Position numbers and translations under genes: made by a program
Notes under the pieces: model-generated
Told to the model about the DNA's origin: nothing
Database searches by the model: none
What the model saw: only the letters and a program-made list of their open reading frames with translations
Shown here: positions 16,267-18,141 of the stretch, in pieces
Position numbering within the stretch: the stretch's first letter is position 1
Layout of the letters: every line of letters starts with the position of its first letter
Assembly (NCBI GenBank): GCA_037440825.1
Contig: JBBITJ010000017.1
Coordinates: 1 to 18,141 of the forward strand
Direction of reading: 5' to 3'
DNA length: 18,141 bases
From: Candidatus Micrarchaeota archaeon
Lineage (GTDB): Archaea > Micrarchaeota > Micrarchaeia > Anstonellales > Bilamarchaeaceae

Positions 16267-16671
16267 ATGGTGCTAGGAATAGGCGAAGGCAGGATAGACA
16301 TAACCACTGAACGGTTCTCTTACGGCCCTGGCGAGGAGGTGCGGGGCAGGGTAATACTCCAGCTCAACAAGCCGAAAAGTGCACGGGCGCTCAGGATCCG
16401 GTTCTACGGCGAAAAGAGGACGTTTAGCTATTCCTCTTCTGGAAAGAAAAGCGTCAAGACCGAGCAGATATTCTCGCAGGAGAGAATCCTTGGAGGGCAC
16501 AAGGAATACCCGGAGGGGATAAGCGAGTACCAATTCCAGTTCCGCATTCCCATAGTCGCGGAGCTGCGGGACACAGGCAGCATATTCAAATGGTACTTGG
16601 ACGCGTCGCTGGACCTGCCGCTGAGCTTTGACATAAGCAAGAGGCAGGTGCTGAACTTCACACTCAGATAG
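16267..16671 (+). CDS. Arrestin-N / SpoOM-like beta-sandwich protein
   Basis: YGPGEEVRGRVILQL, ALRIRFYGE, YQFQFRIP, KWYLDASLDLP pattern typical of arrestin-fold N domains. Confidence 0.75.
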   Translation: MVLGIGEGRIDITTERFSYGPGEEVRGRVILQLNKPKSARALRIRFYGEKRTFSYSSSGKKSVKTEQIFSQERILGGHKEYPEGISEYQFQFRIPIVAELRDTGSIFKWYLDASLDLPLSFDISKRQVLNFTLR

Positions 16672-16676
16672 CACGG

Positions 16677-16726
16677 TTTTCAGTTTCGCGTTTCGAAACC
16701 CAGAACACGGAACCGGGGACTGGAAA
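16677..16726. repeat. Mirrored heptamer element
   Basis: TTTTCAG TTTCGCG TTTCGAAA CCCAGAA CACGGAA CCGGGGA CTGGAAA. Confidence 0.85.
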
Positions 16727-16735
16727 CCATCTATC

Positions 16736-16743
16736 TTTAATAA
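16736..16743 (+). promoter_or_regulatory. TATA box for SRP RNA
   Basis: TTTAATAA about 25 nt upstream of the predicted 5' end. Confidence 0.55.
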
Positions 16744-16760
16744 GAGCAGATGAGTACTTA

Positions 16761-17033
16761 GTGCGGGCTAGGGCGGGGCTAGGGGCCCCGGAAGCGCAAG
16801 CTTCACTACCGCAATTCCCCTTCAGGCGGCCCGAATACCCGCAGCGTCCAGCTTTTTCGGAATGAACTTGGGCTTAAGCGCTGACGCCTTGCTCTGCATT
16901 GTGTTGCACTGTGCGAACCTGGCCAGGCCGGAAGGAGCAACCATAAGCATAATGCAGCGCGTCTGCAGAATTCAAGGCCGAGCAGATGCCGAAGGCCACA
17001 TTCCGGGGGAGCCCGGCAAAGCGGGGAGCCCAC
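16761..17033 (+). ncRNA. ffs: Signal recognition particle (7S) RNA
   Basis: Helix 8 motif TGG-CCAGG-CC-GGAA-GG-AGCAA-CCA (16920-16943); CTGCATTGTGT/GCATAATGCAG helix; 5' GGGCT pairs with 3' AGCCC; about 270 nt. Ends are approximate. Confidence 0.88.
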
Positions 17034-17041
17034 TCTTACTG

Positions 17042-17097
17042 TTTCCTGTCTTCGGTTCCGGGGCTTATGTTTTCGGTTTCGGGTTTGCAGTTCCGAA
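17042..17097 (-). repeat. Eight-unit heptamer array directly after SRP RNA
   Basis: Plus strand TTTCCTG TCTTCGG TTCCGGG GCTTATG TTTTCGG TTTCGGG TTTGCAG TTCCGAA. Confidence 0.85.
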
Positions 17098-17138
17098 TCC
17101 GAAGGCGGCTCAATACGCATCGTCGTGGTGCGCAAACC

Positions 17139-17246
17139 TCAGCAGCCGCACGGCGTTTCCTTCGATTTCGTAAATAGGACAAAGCACGAATCCACGTGCA
17201 CCCGCCTCGTCCCCTTAAGCACTTTGCGCAGCGGCTTGAAACCCAT
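17139..17246 (-). CDS. Putative 35-aa basic peptide ending in Cys-Gly-Cys
   Basis: MGFKPLRKVLKGTRRVHVDSCFVLFTKSKETPCGC; GGTTGG upstream and a TTTTATAA box shared with folD. Confidence 0.35.
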   Translation of the reverse strand: MGFKPLRKVLKGTRRVHVDSCFVLFTKSKETPCGC

Positions 17247-17307
17247 AAAACCAACCGATTCCGCATTCGCAGAAAATCCTTATAAAATATCCATTGGAAA
17301 TTGGAGC

Positions 17308-18141
17308 ATGCTTCTTTACGGGAAGGAGATTGCGGAAAGCATCATTTCGCGCATAAAGGCGGAAATCGATTCAGAAGGGCTGAAGCCGCGGCTAGGGATA
17401 GTTGTTGTAGGGGATTATCAACCCTCGCAGGTGTACGTGAAGAAGAAGATGGAGACTGCGAAACGCGCGGGGATAGAGGCGGAATTGTTCCACCTTCCAC
17501 ACAATTCCGAGGAGAAGGAGGTGCTCGCGCTTGTGGGGAAGCTGAACAAGGACAAGAGTATAGACGGGTACATAGTCCAGCTCCCCCTTCCGCCGCACAT
17601 AAACCTGGACAAGGTGCTGGAAGCGATAGACCCTTCCAAGGATGTTGACGGATTCCATCCTTCGAACATGGGCAAGATGCTCCTCAACCTTCGTGATGAC
17701 GTTTTCGAATCAGCGACCCCTGCAGGGATAATGGAGATGATAAGGCATTACAAAATCCCCATGGCAGGCGCAAATGCGGTAGTGGTGGGAAGGAGCAACA
17801 TAGTCGGAAAGCCCATAGCAATGATGCTGCTCCAAGAGGATGCCACTGTCACGATATGCCATTCCAAAACCCGGAACCTCGCTGAACATACGAAATTGGC
17901 AGATGTGCTCGTTGTTGCTGCTGGGAAGCCCGGGTTCATCAAGCCTGACATGGTGAAGGAGGGGGCCTACGTCATAGATGTAGGCACCACCCACGTCGAA
18001 ACCAGCGGCGGGAAACCGGGGACAGGAAAGGTCGTCGGGGATGTGGACCCTGAAGTGCAGAAGAAGGCGCACGTTTCCCCTGTTCCAGGCGGCGTGGGGC
18101 CCCTGACTGTGGCTATGCTGCTTCAAAATACGTTAAAAGCG
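17308..18141 (+). CDS. folD: Bifunctional methylenetetrahydrofolate dehydrogenase/cyclohydrolase (3' end outside window)
   Basis: Manual translation: SQVYVKKK, IVQLPLP, IDPSKDVDGFHP, TPAGI, VGRSNIVGKP, TVTICHS, IDVG, GDVD, PVPGGVGPLTVAML. Missing from the ORF track because there is no stop in the window. Confidence 0.96.
   Translation, partial: MLLYGKEIAESIISRIKAEIDSEGLKPRLGIVVVGDYQPSQVYVKKKMETAKRAGIEAELFHLPHNSEEKEVLALVGKLNKDKSIDGYIVQLPLPPHINLDKVLEAIDPSKDVDGFHPSNMGKMLLNLRDDVFESATPAGIMEMIRHYKIPMAGANAVVVGRSNIVGKPIAMMLLQEDATVTICHSKTRNLAEHTKLADVLVVAAGKPGFIKPDMVKEGAYVIDVGTTHVETSGGKPGTGKVVGDVDPEVQKKAHVSPVPGGVGPLTVAMLLQNTLKA
18009..18029 (+). repeat. Heptamer array inside folD (in frame)
   Basis: CGGGAAA CCGGGGA CAGGAAA = 21 nt; shares GAAACCGGGGAC with 14696-14707. 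Confidence 0.65.

Noticed and set aside
15509..16276. 255-aa plus-strand ORF
   Set aside because: Antisense shadow of rbcL.
17042..17097. Repeats as a CRISPR array
   Set aside because: Units are 7 nt and contiguous, with no spacers and no cas genes.
17136..17150. Selenocysteine read-through of CGC-TGA
   Set aside because: The downstream frame runs into repeat and antisense SRP sequence; no SECIS recognised.
16806..17266. Several 63-109 aa ORFs
   Set aside because: They overlap the SRP RNA and the heptamer array; no coding signature.

Overview
Archaeal chromosomal window, moderately GC-rich. It has TATA-box promoters, GGTGA-type RBSs and several apparently leaderless genes; a DPANN origin such as Micrarchaeota is my inference from gene content. 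Housekeeping genes: GMP synthase subunit B, class I CCA-adding enzyme, a lone gyrB, proteasome beta subunit followed by aCPSF1/FttA, a DUF2085 protein, a purine phosphoribosyltransferase, a form III-type RuBisCO and folD (partial). Two ncRNAs are invisible to the ORF track: an SRP RNA with an apparently vestigial helix 6, and a C/D-box guide sRNA. The most striking unexplained structure is a dispersed family of degenerate 7-bp-period repeats (C-N4-AA units, sometimes mirrored around GTTTCGAAAC). It occurs about nine times: in UTRs and intergenic gaps, in the sRNA loop, and in-frame inside loops of CCA enzyme and FolD. Also notable are a 633-aa orphan with a cryptic beta-carbonic-anhydrase zinc site, a membrane protein ending in a Roadblock/LC7-like domain, and a candidate Leu/Val-rich leader peptide.
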